DNA from: Pseudomonadota bacterium
GTDB lineage: Bacteria > Desulfobacterota > Binatia > Binatales > Binataceae
NCBI GenBank assembly: GCA_021323675.1
Contig: JAJPKP010000071.1
Span: forward strand, 64,969 to 128,968
Length of the DNA stretch: 64,000 bases
Direction of reading: 5' to 3'
The notes beneath the pieces were generated by a model, which saw nothing but the letters and a program-made list of their open reading frames with translations, did not search any database and was not told the origin of the DNA. The position numbers and the translations under genes were made by a program. Shown piece by piece: positions 1-9,503 of the stretch (positions within the stretch are counted from its first letter, which is position 1; every line of letters starts with the position of its first letter).

Positions 1-505
1 CATGCATCGGCGGAAACCCCTTATAGCCGGTCAGCGACGAAAGGCCGGAAAGCGGCACCTGCGCGGGGCCGTAGGCGACGTATTCGTGATACGGCCCCGT
101 ATCGCCGTAGCCGCTCAGTGAGATCATGATGATGTCGGGCTTCACCTTGCGGATCGCCTCGTAGCCGAAGCCCATCTTCTCCATCACGCCGGAGGCGAAA
201 TTGTTGACGACGACGTCGGCCTCCTTGATGAGCCTCCATGCGACTTCCTTGGCTTCGGGATGCTTGAAGTTGAGCGAGAGGGATTTTTTGCCCTGGTTGT
301 ACTGGTTGAAATATCCGGACTTGTTGAGGCTGTCGAACTTTCCGTCCGGCCACGGCGGCAGCATCCGCGTAACGCAGGGCCGGGTTTTGGTTTCGATCCG
401 GGTGACTTCGGCGCCGAGATGGGCGAGTTGGAGGGTGCAGTACGGACCCGCCCACACCCAGGTGAAGTCGGCGATCTTTATTCCTGAAAGAGGTGGTTTG
501 GCCAT
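1..505 (-). CDS. Family III CoA-transferase (CaiB/BaiF), 3'-truncated by window edge
   Basis: Manual translation from ATG at 505 gives MAKPPLSGIKIADFTWVWAGPYCTLQLAHLGAEVTRIE...NQGKKSLSLN...DVVVNNF, the typical CaiB N-terminus. It is absent from the ORF track because it runs off the edge. Confidence 0.9.
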   Translation of the reverse strand, partial: MAKPPLSGIKIADFTWVWAGPYCTLQLAHLGAEVTRIETKTRPCVTRMLPPWPDGKFDSLNKSGYFNQYNQGKKSLSLNFKHPEAKEVAWRLIKEADVVVNNFASGVMEKMGFGYEAIRKVKPDIIMISLSGYGDTGPYHEYVAYGPAQVPLSGLSSLTGYKGFPPMH

Positions 506-507
506 TG

Positions 508-1716
508 CTAGATAACACCCTTGCGCTTGAGTTCGTCGATTCGCGCCTGCGTAAGGCCGAGCCTGCCGCCGAAGATCTCGGAATTATGCTGTCCGAGGGT
601 CGGGGCGGGCATCCGGATTTCCCAGGGCGTGCGATGGTACTTCAGCGGAGCGCCGGGATATTTCCAGGTTCCGGCGACCGGGTGGGTGATTTCGACGAAG
701 AAGCCGCGCGCCTTGAGATGCTCGCTGTTCAGCAGATCGCCCATCGTGGATACGGGCGCGAAGGGGACGCGTTTGGCCTGAGCCTTGCGGTAGATATCGA
801 GGACGGTATGTTGGCCGACCCATTCCTCAAGAAAGACTTTAAGTACGTCCCAATTGAGCGCGCGGGTCAGGCGATCCTTGAAAATCTCTTCGCCCGCCCA
901 CTCCGGATTGCCCATGATCTCGACGAAGCCGCGCCATTGATGCTCTTCGATGCAGCAGAGGTAGATGTATCCGTCCTTGCATCGCATCGTCTCGACCGGC
1001 TGGATTGGCTTTTGGCCGAGCCGGGTCGCGATCATCTTCATGTACGGCCAGTACTCGAAGGTCATTTCGAGTTGCGATGTGATCGCTTCCTGAACTGACA
1101 CTTCGATATGTTGGCCGGCCTCGCCGTTGAGCCGCGCGAAAGCCGCCGCGAGGGTAGGCACGGCGGCGTGGACGCCGCCCTGGTAGCCGGCCTGATGGCC
1201 GAAGGTTTTGAGGGGCGGCAAATCGGCATGCTCAGGACCGCCGCCGTTGAGAACACAGACGCCGCCCGCGGCCCACACCGTCAGGTCCTCGGCCCGCCAG
1301 TTGCGCTTTGGACCCGACAGGCCAAACGGCGCGATAGTGGTCATGATCAGGTCCGGGTTCACCCGCTTCATGCGGTCGTAGGTGAGTCCGACGCGGTCCA
1401 TGTCCGGTGGCGTTACGTTGTGGATCAGGATGTCAGCGCCGGCAGCGAGTTTTTCGAGCAGCTCCATCCCCTCGGGCTGCGCGATATCGAGCGTGATGCC
1501 CTTCTTGTTGGCATTGAGGTAAAGGAAGAGGCCGCTCTTTTCCGGATGCGCCTCGTCGCGCGGAAATGGTCCGCGCGTACGGGCGGGGTCGCCAACGCCC
1601 GGCCGTTCGACCTTGACGACGTCGGCGCCCAGGTCCGCGAGCAGTTTGCCGCAATAAGGGGCGGAGACCATCTCGCCCACTTCAAGAATTTTGAGATCTG
1701 ACAATGCGCCTGCCAT
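508..1716 (-). CDS. Family III CoA-transferase (CaiB/BaiF), apparently lacking the catalytic Asp
   Basis: LSDLKILE...SAPYCGKLLADLGADVVKVE, NANKKGITLD and APTLGQHN motifs. Confidence 0.9.
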   Translation of the reverse strand: MAGALSDLKILEVGEMVSAPYCGKLLADLGADVVKVERPGVGDPARTRGPFPRDEAHPEKSGLFLYLNANKKGITLDIAQPEGMELLEKLAAGADILIHNVTPPDMDRVGLTYDRMKRVNPDLIMTTIAPFGLSGPKRNWRAEDLTVWAAGGVCVLNGGGPEHADLPPLKTFGHQAGYQGGVHAAVPTLAAAFARLNGEAGQHIEVSVQEAITSQLEMTFEYWPYMKMIATRLGQKPIQPVETMRCKDGYIYLCCIEEHQWRGFVEIMGNPEWAGEEIFKDRLTRALNWDVLKVFLEEWVGQHTVLDIYRKAQAKRVPFAPVSTMGDLLNSEHLKARGFFVEITHPVAGTWKYPGAPLKYHRTPWEIRMPAPTLGQHNSEIFGGRLGLTQARIDELKRKGVI

Positions 1717-1746
1717 TCAAACTCCCGCCGATAATGATTCGAACTT

Positions 1747-2019
1747 TTATTCAGGAAATACCCGCCTGAACGGTTTCACCTCGATGCGCTCGAACACACC
1801 CTCTTTGGTGTACGGGTCGCTGTTGGCGAATGCGACCGCCTCGGCCTGGCTCTCCATGTCCACGATGATGAGGCTTCCGCTGCCGTCGGCGAACGGTCCG
1901 GCGATAACCACCTTACCCTTGTCAACCAGCGGCCGCAGATTGTCCAGATGAGCGGGCCTGATTTTGGGCCTGAGCTCGGCGCCGCGAGGTCCGTCGTGGC
2001 CGATAATCACAAAGAGCAT
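1747..2019 (-). CDS. YciI family protein
   Basis: RPAHL, AGP...GSLIIV and DPY..G motifs in 90 aa. Confidence 0.9.
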   Translation of the reverse strand: MLFVIIGHDGPRGAELRPKIRPAHLDNLRPLVDKGKVVIAGPFADGSGSLIIVDMESQAEAVAFANSDPYTKEGVFERIEVKPFRRVFPE

Positions 2020-2183
2020 CGCATCCCCTCCACCGGCAAAGGCGGGTCAATCCGTCTTAATTAGCACGCTGCGGCGCGAGGAAAAAAGCAATGGGAAAGG
2101 GCCACCACCAGTCGTAGCCTACGATCGGGCGGGTTCGCTATTATCGAGATTTCGATGCCGGCCGTTGGCAGTTCGAGCCTCCA

Positions 2184-2567
2184 ATGAATTCGACGAACAA
2201 GGTCGTTCCCTTCCGGAGACCTTCGAGGCGAAACGGGTCTTCAGGCGCGATCGATCGCGCCGAGGAGACGCGCACGAAACGGCACCTGTGGATTCACGCG
2301 ATGTTGTTTACGGCGGTCGCGCTCATCGTGTACACGGCGGCGGTCCTCGCCGTTCCCGGAGAGGAAGTCGAAACGCTGTGGTTCGTATGGCTGATCTTCG
2401 TGGTCGCGGTGAGCAAGCTGCTCTTGGCGAACGGATTTATCTTCGCCGCGATCGGCGCGGATAAGAGAGAGTCCGCGCGACGGACCACGAAACTCGGGCC
2501 CCTGCCCTTCAGATCCGGCCATCGCCACCAGCGTTTTCAGGCGGCGCCTCGGTTTCCCCGCCGCTGA
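2184..2567 (+). CDS. Hypothetical membrane protein (2 TM)
   Basis: Two hydrophobic helices; fills the gap between yciI and the DHS-like gene. Confidence 0.55.
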   Translation: MNSTNKVVPFRRPSRRNGSSGAIDRAEETRTKRHLWIHAMLFTAVALIVYTAAVLAVPGEEVETLWFVWLIFVVAVSKLLLANGFIFAAIGADKRESARRTTKLGPLPFRSGHRHQRFQAAPRFPRR

Positions 2568-2588
2568 CCGGCCTCCGCCTGCTCTGCG

Positions 2589-3629
2589 TCAGGCGTCGAG
2601 CCGGCTTGCCCATTTGCGCGCGGGACGCCGTTCCCATCCGCGCTTGTGGTAGCCGTATGCGGCGATCAAGGGAACCGCGATCGACGCCTCGCAATACACC
2701 ATCTGCTCGAAGGTCGTATCGACCTTGCCCCAGCTTGACGCTTCCTTGAGGGTCGAGCCCGACAGCGCGCCGTCGCGGACATCAGCCACCGTCACCTGGA
2801 TCGCGTATTTGTGCATCGGAACGTCGTGGCCGAGAATTTCGGCGGCGACGACGATGTCTTGGGCGAAGTTTTTGGGCACGCCGCCGCCGATCATGAGAAG
2901 CCCGGTCTCGTTGCCGAGCACCTTGATACGGGTGAGCTCGTGAAAATCCTGCGCGCTGTCGATTGTAACCCTGGCGCCCTTGGCTCGCGCCGCCTGATGC
3001 GCAACCAGGCCAAAGCCCGCGGAACAATCGCTGAAGGCCGGACAGAAGATAGGGACGTGCTCGCGATAGGCTTCGAGCACGATGCTGTTGTCGGCGCGGG
3101 CTCCCGTCTCGGCGAGATACTTACCCATCTCGCCCACGAACTCCCGCGATGAGTATGGGCGCGGTTCGAGCTGATCGGCGATTTTCCTGATCGTTTCGTC
3201 GCAAATGCGAAGCTCGTCTTCGTCGATGAGGGTGTCGTAGATGCGATCGATGTGAAGTTCGCGCAGCACTCCGTCCTCCAGCCCGGCGCGCAGGCGTTCG
3301 TCGGCGATATAGTGGCGGAAGCCGAGCGCCTCGAAGAAGTCCTGATCGACGATATTCGCGCCGGTGCTCACGACCGCATCGACCATCCGGTTGCGGATCA
3401 TGTCGGCGAACACTTTCTTGAGACCCGCGCTGACCAGCGATCCGGCGAGGCACAGGATGACGGAGCAGTTCGCATCGCGGAGCATCCGGTCGTAAATTTC
3501 GGCGGCCCGCGCCAGGTCGCGCGCGCTGTACGCCATATGCTTCATGGCTTCGACCAGCGGCACAACGTCGTGGCGGGTAATATCGACGTGCTGGATGGTT
3601 TCGGAGAGATATTCAGATTTTGACGGCAT
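2589..3629 (-). CDS. Deoxyhypusine synthase-like protein (SpeY/homospermidine-pathway type)
   Basis: AGSLVSAG, STGAN, DRIYD, GGGVPKN and GALSGSTLKEASSWGK (catalytic Lys retained). Confidence 0.9.
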   Translation of the reverse strand: MPSKSEYLSETIQHVDITRHDVVPLVEAMKHMAYSARDLARAAEIYDRMLRDANCSVILCLAGSLVSAGLKKVFADMIRNRMVDAVVSTGANIVDQDFFEALGFRHYIADERLRAGLEDGVLRELHIDRIYDTLIDEDELRICDETIRKIADQLEPRPYSSREFVGEMGKYLAETGARADNSIVLEAYREHVPIFCPAFSDCSAGFGLVAHQAARAKGARVTIDSAQDFHELTRIKVLGNETGLLMIGGGVPKNFAQDIVVAAEILGHDVPMHKYAIQVTVADVRDGALSGSTLKEASSWGKVDTTFEQMVYCEASIAVPLIAAYGYHKRGWERRPARKWASRLDA

Positions 3630-3653
3630 CGCGTCCTTCCTGTCTTCTGCCTG

Positions 3654-4439
3654 CTATCCGGGCGTGATAGCGCCGTAGCCGGTGTAATAGATGAGAAAAT
3701 ATCCGGTCGCGATGGCGAACAGAGTGAGCCCCGCGACCACGTCCGCAGGCATCACAGGATACTCGATCAAGGTTGTGGGATTATTACGCAGGCCGAAGCC
3801 GCGCGCCTCGAGCGCCATCGCCATGTTGTTCGCCCTGCGCAGGGCAGACATAAAGACCGGAATAACCACGGTCACGTAGCGGCGCATCCGCTCGAAAAGC
3901 CCGCCCTTCTCGAAATCGTAACCGCGCAGCTTCTGCGCATCGACAATCGTCATCGCGGAGTCGATGAACAGCGGCACCAGCCGGAACGCGAGCGAGATCG
4001 CGAAGCCGACGCGGTAGGATACTCCGAGCTTGGCCAGGCCGACGGTGAACTCTTCCACCCGCGTGGTCGAAAGGAACAGCACCGAAGCGCCGAGTAATTC
4101 GGCAAGTTTGATTCCCCGGCCAAGCCCGTACACGAGCGAGCCGCGGCTGACGTGGACGAACGGCAGGTTTATCAGGGGCGTGCCCTGCCGATAGAAGAAA
4201 AGCCAGACGATGGTGGTCGTGAAGACGAGGATTATGAAGTACCAGCGATAGCGGTAGAAGTTGCGCCACGAACCGGTAAGCTGCGCAACCCACAGCATGA
4301 AGATGCCGATCGGCAGAAGCGCGATCGGATTGTCGACCCAGTAGACCGACCAGAACATCACGAACAACGCGATCACCTTGACGGTGGGATGCAGCCGATG
4401 AACGAAGGTGCCGCGATCGAGATAGAGCTGAATCGCCAT
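3654..4439 (-). CDS. ECF transporter transmembrane T component (EcfT/CbiQ)
   Basis: HRLHPTVK start, AQKLRG and ALEARGF Arg motifs; TGATG overlap with the upstream ATPase. Confidence 0.9.
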   Translation of the reverse strand: MAIQLYLDRGTFVHRLHPTVKVIALFVMFWSVYWVDNPIALLPIGIFMLWVAQLTGSWRNFYRYRWYFIILVFTTTIVWLFFYRQGTPLINLPFVHVSRGSLVYGLGRGIKLAELLGASVLFLSTTRVEEFTVGLAKLGVSYRVGFAISLAFRLVPLFIDSAMTIVDAQKLRGYDFEKGGLFERMRRYVTVVIPVFMSALRRANNMAMALEARGFGLRNNPTTLIEYPVMPADVVAGLTLFAIATGYFLIYYTGYGAITPG

Positions 4440-6175
4440 CAGGCCCGCTCCTTGATCCAATCGGCCAGCGCCTGCGGGGTCAGGGCCAGCGCGCCGAAGC
4501 GGCGGCTGAGCCGGGTCACTTCCGGCGCGCGAAACGACGAATGCGCAAGAAGATCATCCTGAGCGAAAAATTCCGCGACGGTGCCGTCAAACAGCTTGCG
4601 GCCCTTGCGGATCAGAACGACGCGGCGCGCGTATTCCGCGACCAGCCACGGCGTATGGGTGATCATCACGATTGCGATTCCGCTGCGGTTCAGATCCTCC
4701 ACCAGCGCCATCATCCGGCGCTGTTCGCGATGGTCGAGGCCGGTGGTCGGCTCATCAAGAATCAAAAGCCGGGGACGCAGCGCCAGCACGCTCGCCACCG
4801 CGACCCGCTGGCGCTCGCCCTTGCTGAGCAGGAACGGATCCTTGTCGCGCGCGTCCAGGAGTCCGACGGCTTCGAGCACCTCGGCGCATCGGCGCTCAAT
4901 CTCCCGCTTGTCGAAGCCGAAGTTGCGCGGACCGAAAGCGACTTCGTCCCAGACCGTCGCGGCGGAAATCTGATGGTCCGGGTTCTGGAACACGTAGGCG
5001 ACCTCGCGCGCGGTCTCTGCCGCTCGCAGCGACGCGCGGTCGCGTCCTTCCAGCATCACGCGCCCTTCGTTGGGCTTGAGCAGCCCCACGATATGCTTGG
5101 CGAGAGTGGTCTTGCCGGAGCCGTTCTGCCCGACGATCGCGAGAAAGTCCCCGCGCTCGATGCGCAGATCGATGCCCTTCAGCGCGTGGACGTTTTCCGA
5201 ATAGCTGAAGGAAAGACCCGTCACCTCCACCAGCGGCGGCTCCCCGGATCCCGCCGGATCGGGATCTTTCGAGAGCGCCGTTGGCGAGGCGGGCGAGAAT
5301 GTCCGCAGGCGCGGAAAGGTCCGCACGATCGCTTCATACGCCTGGTCAACGCTGTCGGCATGCCCGCCGATGCCGAGCAAATGCAGGACGCGATTGAGTC
5401 CGGGAACGTGCACGCCGCACTCTTCGAGCAGATCGAAGTTTGTCATCACCTCCGCGGGAGGCGCGTCGGCGACGATCGTTCCGTCGTGGAGCAGAATGAT
5501 GCGGTCGGCGCGCATCAGTTCCTCGGACTCGTGCTCGATTACCACCAGGCTGAACCCCTGCTCGCGCAGCTTTGCGATGAGCGCGAAGACTTCCGCTTTG
5601 CCTTCGGGATCGAGATCGGTGGTGGGTTCGTCCAGGACGATGATCGAGGGCCTGAGCGCGAGCACGGAGGCGATCGCGAGCCGCTGCTTCTCTCCTCCGG
5701 AAAGCGAAGTCGGGTCGCGATGCTCAAAGCCCGCCAGTCCGACCGCTTCGAGCGCCGGGCGCAGGCGAGCCTGCATTTCGCCGCGCGCCATCCCCACCTG
5801 CTCCATGGCGAAAGCGACCTCGAGCTCGACGCTGGTCGAAAAGAGTTGCGCCTCGAAGTCCTGAAACACCATCCCGACCTCGGCGGCGGCCTCGCATATG
5901 CGCATCGCGTCGAGGCGGCTCTTTCCAATCATCACGATTCCGCGAAAGTCGCCTCCCTCGAATTCCGGAACGAGGCGATTGAGGCATTTGGCCAGGGTGG
6001 ATTTTCCCGCGCCCGACGCGCCCATAATCGCGATCATCTCGCCATGCGCTTGATCGAGACTGAGCGCGCGCAGCGCCGGTCCCGGTTCGCTCGGGTAGGT
6101 GTAGGTAACGTCCCGGACGGACAGAGCGGTATCGGCGGGCGTTCCCGCAATCGCGCTTTGCAGCTCGGTCTTCAC
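4439..6175 (-). CDS. ECF transporter fused double ATPase (A-A')
   Basis: Two Walker A (GASGAGKS, GQNGSGKT), two signatures (LSGGEKQR, LSKGERQR) and two LDEPT motifs. Confidence 0.95.
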   Translation of the reverse strand: MKTELQSAIAGTPADTALSVRDVTYTYPSEPGPALRALSLDQAHGEMIAIMGASGAGKSTLAKCLNRLVPEFEGGDFRGIVMIGKSRLDAMRICEAAAEVGMVFQDFEAQLFSTSVELEVAFAMEQVGMARGEMQARLRPALEAVGLAGFEHRDPTSLSGGEKQRLAIASVLALRPSIIVLDEPTTDLDPEGKAEVFALIAKLREQGFSLVVIEHESEELMRADRIILLHDGTIVADAPPAEVMTNFDLLEECGVHVPGLNRVLHLLGIGGHADSVDQAYEAIVRTFPRLRTFSPASPTALSKDPDPAGSGEPPLVEVTGLSFSYSENVHALKGIDLRIERGDFLAIVGQNGSGKTTLAKHIVGLLKPNEGRVMLEGRDRASLRAAETAREVAYVFQNPDHQISAATVWDEVAFGPRNFGFDKREIERRCAEVLEAVGLLDARDKDPFLLSKGERQRVAVASVLALRPRLLILDEPTTGLDHREQRRMMALVEDLNRSGIAIVMITHTPWLVAEYARRVVLIRKGRKLFDGTVAEFFAQDDLLAHSSFRAPEVTRLSRRFGALALTPQALADWIKERA

Positions 6176-6957
6176 ATCAATGCGAGCCCGGCGAATGCGA
6201 GCAGGATCAGCGGACTGACGAGAATAGCGATCGACTTGTCATGGGGCGCCGCGTTCATCCAGGCCGGAAGGAATGCCGGCACCCAATATCCCGTGGAGAG
6301 CAGATTTCCGAGCGCCCACGCGCCCCCCTCTCCAATCATCAGCAGCGCGATTCCGGCGACCCTGAGCGCGGCCGGCGGCGGCGTGAGCTCCGGCATCACG
6401 TCCTGATAAAGCATCCGGCCCTTGCGCACGCGCGGATATACGGCGGCAAGGATGAACGGCGACAGGACCATCGCCGAAGCCATGTTATTCAGGATGATGA
6501 CGTTGCCGAGCATCGCAAACGGCCGTATCGCAAGCAGATTATCACCCCATCCGACCAGATCGGCGCACAGCACGCTGGCGAGCAGACAGGCGAAGACGTA
6601 CTTCGCAAGGCCGAGCGGAGAACGGGGAACGGGGCTCTCGCCGCCTCCGATAGTCTCCCAGACCTTGAACGGCACCAGACCATAAACGAGGTTGGCGAAG
6701 AACCCGAAGATGTCTCCGGGCGAGGCACCGCCGAAGAAATCGCCGATCATGTTCCCGATCGCGCTTCCCCACGCCGCAGCCGGGCCGAACAGAAACGAGC
6801 ATACGACGGGGATTGCGTTGGCCGGCCTGAGCTCGGTGACGCCGGGAATCAGCGGCACGACCTTGAACGGCACCAGCACCGCCGCATACAGCGCCGCCGA
6901 AATCGCGCATAGCACGACCATCCGCGTGTTGCGCCACATCAATCTGAGGCCGTTCAT
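6172..6957 (-). CDS. ECF transporter S component, QueT-like
   Basis: AISAALYAA...ELRPANAIP...LFGPAAAWGSAIGN motif; multi-TM; overlaps the ATPase start. Start could be 6957 or 6939. Confidence 0.8.
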   Translation of the reverse strand: MNGLRLMWRNTRMVVLCAISAALYAAVLVPFKVVPLIPGVTELRPANAIPVVCSFLFGPAAAWGSAIGNMIGDFFGGASPGDIFGFFANLVYGLVPFKVWETIGGGESPVPRSPLGLAKYVFACLLASVLCADLVGWGDNLLAIRPFAMLGNVIILNNMASAMVLSPFILAAVYPRVRKGRMLYQDVMPELTPPPAALRVAGIALLMIGEGGAWALGNLLSTGYWVPAFLPAWMNAAPHDKSIAILVSPLILLAFAGLALM

Positions 6958-7046
6958 TCGACGAATGATTACGCCAGCAACGCGAGCATGCGATAAGATT
7001 TCCGTCCGGAGCGGCGGGGAGGCACGCCCTGTCCGAAGCCAATTGC

Positions 7047-7820
7047 GTGATCGACAGCCACGTTCATCTCGACGCTGACCAGTATGCCGACCCATCAGGC
7101 GCAATCAAGCGTGCGGTTGAAGCCGGTGTTACAGCGATGGTCGCGCCCGGAACCGGGGGAGCATCGAATCGCCGCGTGATCGAACTGTCCCGCCGATATC
7201 CAAAGGTGGTCTATGCCGCCTGCGGGTTCCATCCGGAGCGATTCGACCTGACGGATGCGGACCTGGAGGAGGCCCTGGAGACGATTCGCCGCGAGAGAGA
7301 CTCGCTATGCGCCGTGGGCGAGGTCGGGATGCCCTGGTATGGCGACCGGGCCCGCGATCCGCGCCTTATCGCGCGGGCAAGGCGGGTCCTGGAGCGATGC
7401 GCGAGCGCCGCGGTCGAAGCTGATTTGCCGATGATCATACATGCGCCTCACGACAGCGCGCGCGAGGCGCTCGGGATTATCAAGGAGGCCGGCGTGCGGA
7501 TGGCGGTTTTTCATTGGCACAAGTCCGACGATTCGACCACCCGCGCTATCCTCGATGCGGGCTATTTCATTTCGCTAACACCGGAAGTCGCCTACCGAGA
7601 TCGCGACATCCGGCTGGCCAGGATGGTGCCGCTCGAAAGCATGCTGCTTGAGACGGACGGACCGTGGCCGTATCGAGGTCCTTTCGAGGGACGCGCGACT
7701 GAGCCGGCGATGGTACTCGACGCGGCGGGCGCGGTTGCCCGCGCGCTAAGCCTTGAGCGCGAGATGGTGGGCGCGATGACGACCGCCAACGCCCGAAAGC
7801 TGTTCCGCATCGCGACCTGA
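7047..7820 (+). CDS. TatD family metal-dependent hydrolase/DNase
   Basis: IDSHVH, GFHP, VGEVG, IH, FHW and LETDGP motifs. Confidence 0.92.
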   Translation: MIDSHVHLDADQYADPSGAIKRAVEAGVTAMVAPGTGGASNRRVIELSRRYPKVVYAACGFHPERFDLTDADLEEALETIRRERDSLCAVGEVGMPWYGDRARDPRLIARARRVLERCASAAVEADLPMIIHAPHDSAREALGIIKEAGVRMAVFHWHKSDDSTTRAILDAGYFISLTPEVAYRDRDIRLARMVPLESMLLETDGPWPYRGPFEGRATEPAMVLDAAGAVARALSLEREMVGAMTTANARKLFRIAT

Positions 7821-7878
7821 GAGGCTTTTCGATTGCTCTACTCGCAAACCCGCGGCAAATTATCGAGGGGGTACTGCG

Positions 7879-8244
7879 ATGCCGATCTACGAATACGAGT
7901 GCGAAGCTTGCCATCGCCGCACCAGCGTGCTGACCACGCGAATCAGCGAGCGGGTTCGCGCCCAATGCAGCCACTGCGGCGGAACGAAGATGCGCCGGTT
8001 GATGTCGCGATTCGCGATGCCGAAGAGCGAGGAACAGAGGCTCGACGCGCTCGCGGACCCATCGAAACTCGGCGATCTCGACGAGAACGATCCGCGCAGC
8101 GTCGCCCGCTTCATGAAGAAGATGGGCAAGGAGATGGGCGAGGATTTCAGCGGCGAAGACTTCGACGAGGCGATGGAGGAGATGGAATCGGGCGGCGACC
8201 TCGACGAAGGCAACGGCCCCAACTCCAACACCGACGACCTCTAG
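7879..8244 (+). CDS. FmdB-family zinc-ribbon protein with acidic tail
   Basis: MPIYEYECEAC...CSHCG...RLMS. Confidence 0.9.
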   Translation: MPIYEYECEACHRRTSVLTTRISERVRAQCSHCGGTKMRRLMSRFAMPKSEEQRLDALADPSKLGDLDENDPRSVARFMKKMGKEMGEDFSGEDFDEAMEEMESGGDLDEGNGPNSNTDDL

Positions 8245-8266
8245 CCTCCGCCACCCGGGCGGCCAT

Positions 8267-8500
8267 GACCTCGCCCCGTCGGGAGAGGTCGGCGCGAAGC
8301 GCCGGGTGAGGGTCCCCTTTCAGCGCGAGCATCGCACGCGCGACTAAGGAATTCTGGACTCCTTCTTTCTCGCCACCCCCGCGCGATCGCTCGCCAGCCT
8401 GCAGAGCAGCATCTTTGAATCGCGCGCGTTGCGCGCGCTGAACAGCGTCCCTCACCCGAAGCCAAAAAGATGGCGCCGGCCTCTCCCGATCGGGAGAGGC
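8267..8500. repeat. Pair of inverted REP-like palindromic elements (CCCTCACCC...CCTCTCCCG-CGGGAGAGG type)
   Basis: 8267-8312 and 8449-8500 are inverted, diverged copies; 8479-8500 GCCTCTCCCGATCGGGAGAGGC is a perfect 22-bp palindrome. Confidence 0.75.
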
Positions 8501-8531
8501 ATCAGGTCACGCGCGCCACCAGGGCGCCCCG

Positions 8532-9332
8532 TTACTCGGGCATGAACGACGGACTGCCCGTCTTGGCGGTCTGGCCGCCGTCCGCGACAAACGCGGCACC
8601 GGTGACGAACGATGCCAGGTCTGAGGCGAGGAACAGGACCACGTTCGCCATCTCCTCGGGCTTGCCCAAACGTCCCATCGGGATCGCCTCGCGAAAGCGA
8701 TCTCCGAAACCCGGCATCTCCAGCGCCGGCGCGAGCAGCGGCGTATCGATCGCTCCGGGGCAGATGCAATTGACGCGAATTCCGTCGCGCGCGTATTCGA
8801 TGGCCGCCACCCGGGTAAGGTTGATAACGCCGGCTTTGGCGGCGTTGTACGCGGCGATGCCGTAATCGGCGCGAAGTCCGGAAATCGAGGCGGTGTTAAC
8901 GATCGCGCCCGAACGCTGGGCGCGCATGATCGGCAGCACGCATTTCATCGCGCGCCACACCGCCGTCAGACCGACATCGATCATGTAGCCCCATACGCCG
9001 TCTTCCACGTCCGCAAGCCGCCCCGCGGCCTGTGTGCTGGTCTGCGCGGCCGGCAGCCCGAAGGCGTTGTTGTGAACAAAATCGATTCGGCCGAAACGCC
9101 GATTCGTATCGGAAATCATCTTCTCGATATCGGCGGGCTTGGTGACGTCGATGGTCATCGCGGCCGCGCGGCCTCGGGCCTCGACAATCTCGTGCGCGAC
9201 CTTTTCGGCATTCTCGCCGTTGATGTCGGCGATGACGACCGTGCCGCCGCGCGCGGCAAACCCTATCGCGGTGGCGCGCCCGATTCCGGAGCCGCCACCG
9301 GTTACAATTCCAACTTTGCCGTCAAAACGCAT
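8532..9332 (-). CDS. Short-chain dehydrogenase/reductase
   Basis: TGGGSGIG, NNAFG, YNAAK and NCICPG motifs. Confidence 0.93.
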   Translation of the reverse strand: MRFDGKVGIVTGGGSGIGRATAIGFAARGGTVVIADINGENAEKVAHEIVEARGRAAAMTIDVTKPADIEKMISDTNRRFGRIDFVHNNAFGLPAAQTSTQAAGRLADVEDGVWGYMIDVGLTAVWRAMKCVLPIMRAQRSGAIVNTASISGLRADYGIAAYNAAKAGVINLTRVAAIEYARDGIRVNCICPGAIDTPLLAPALEMPGFGDRFREAIPMGRLGKPEEMANVVLFLASDLASFVTGAAFVADGGQTAKTGSPSFMPE

Positions 9333-9503
9333 CGCAGTGTCTCCCAATGCAGATGTTCGTTCATAGTCGATGAAGAACAAATTTTCGAGAGTTCGCCCGC
9401 CTGCTGAAGACGTGCCTCGGGGCGGACGCGGCTCCCGCTAACCGATGCGGCGGCGAATACGCTATGGTCCCGCGTGGACAATCTCACTCAGGGAGATATT
9501 TCT

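Noticed and set aside
4541..6406. Long antisense ORFs (also 11924-14260, 17494-19209, 23511-25667, 30069-32675, 43197-45011)
   Set aside because: They are shadow frames opposite well-supported genes in GC-rich DNA and carry no recognisable motifs.
6958..7046. preQ1 riboswitch upstream of the QueT-like S component
   Set aside because: No preQ1 hairpin with A-rich tail is visible in the short divergent spacer.
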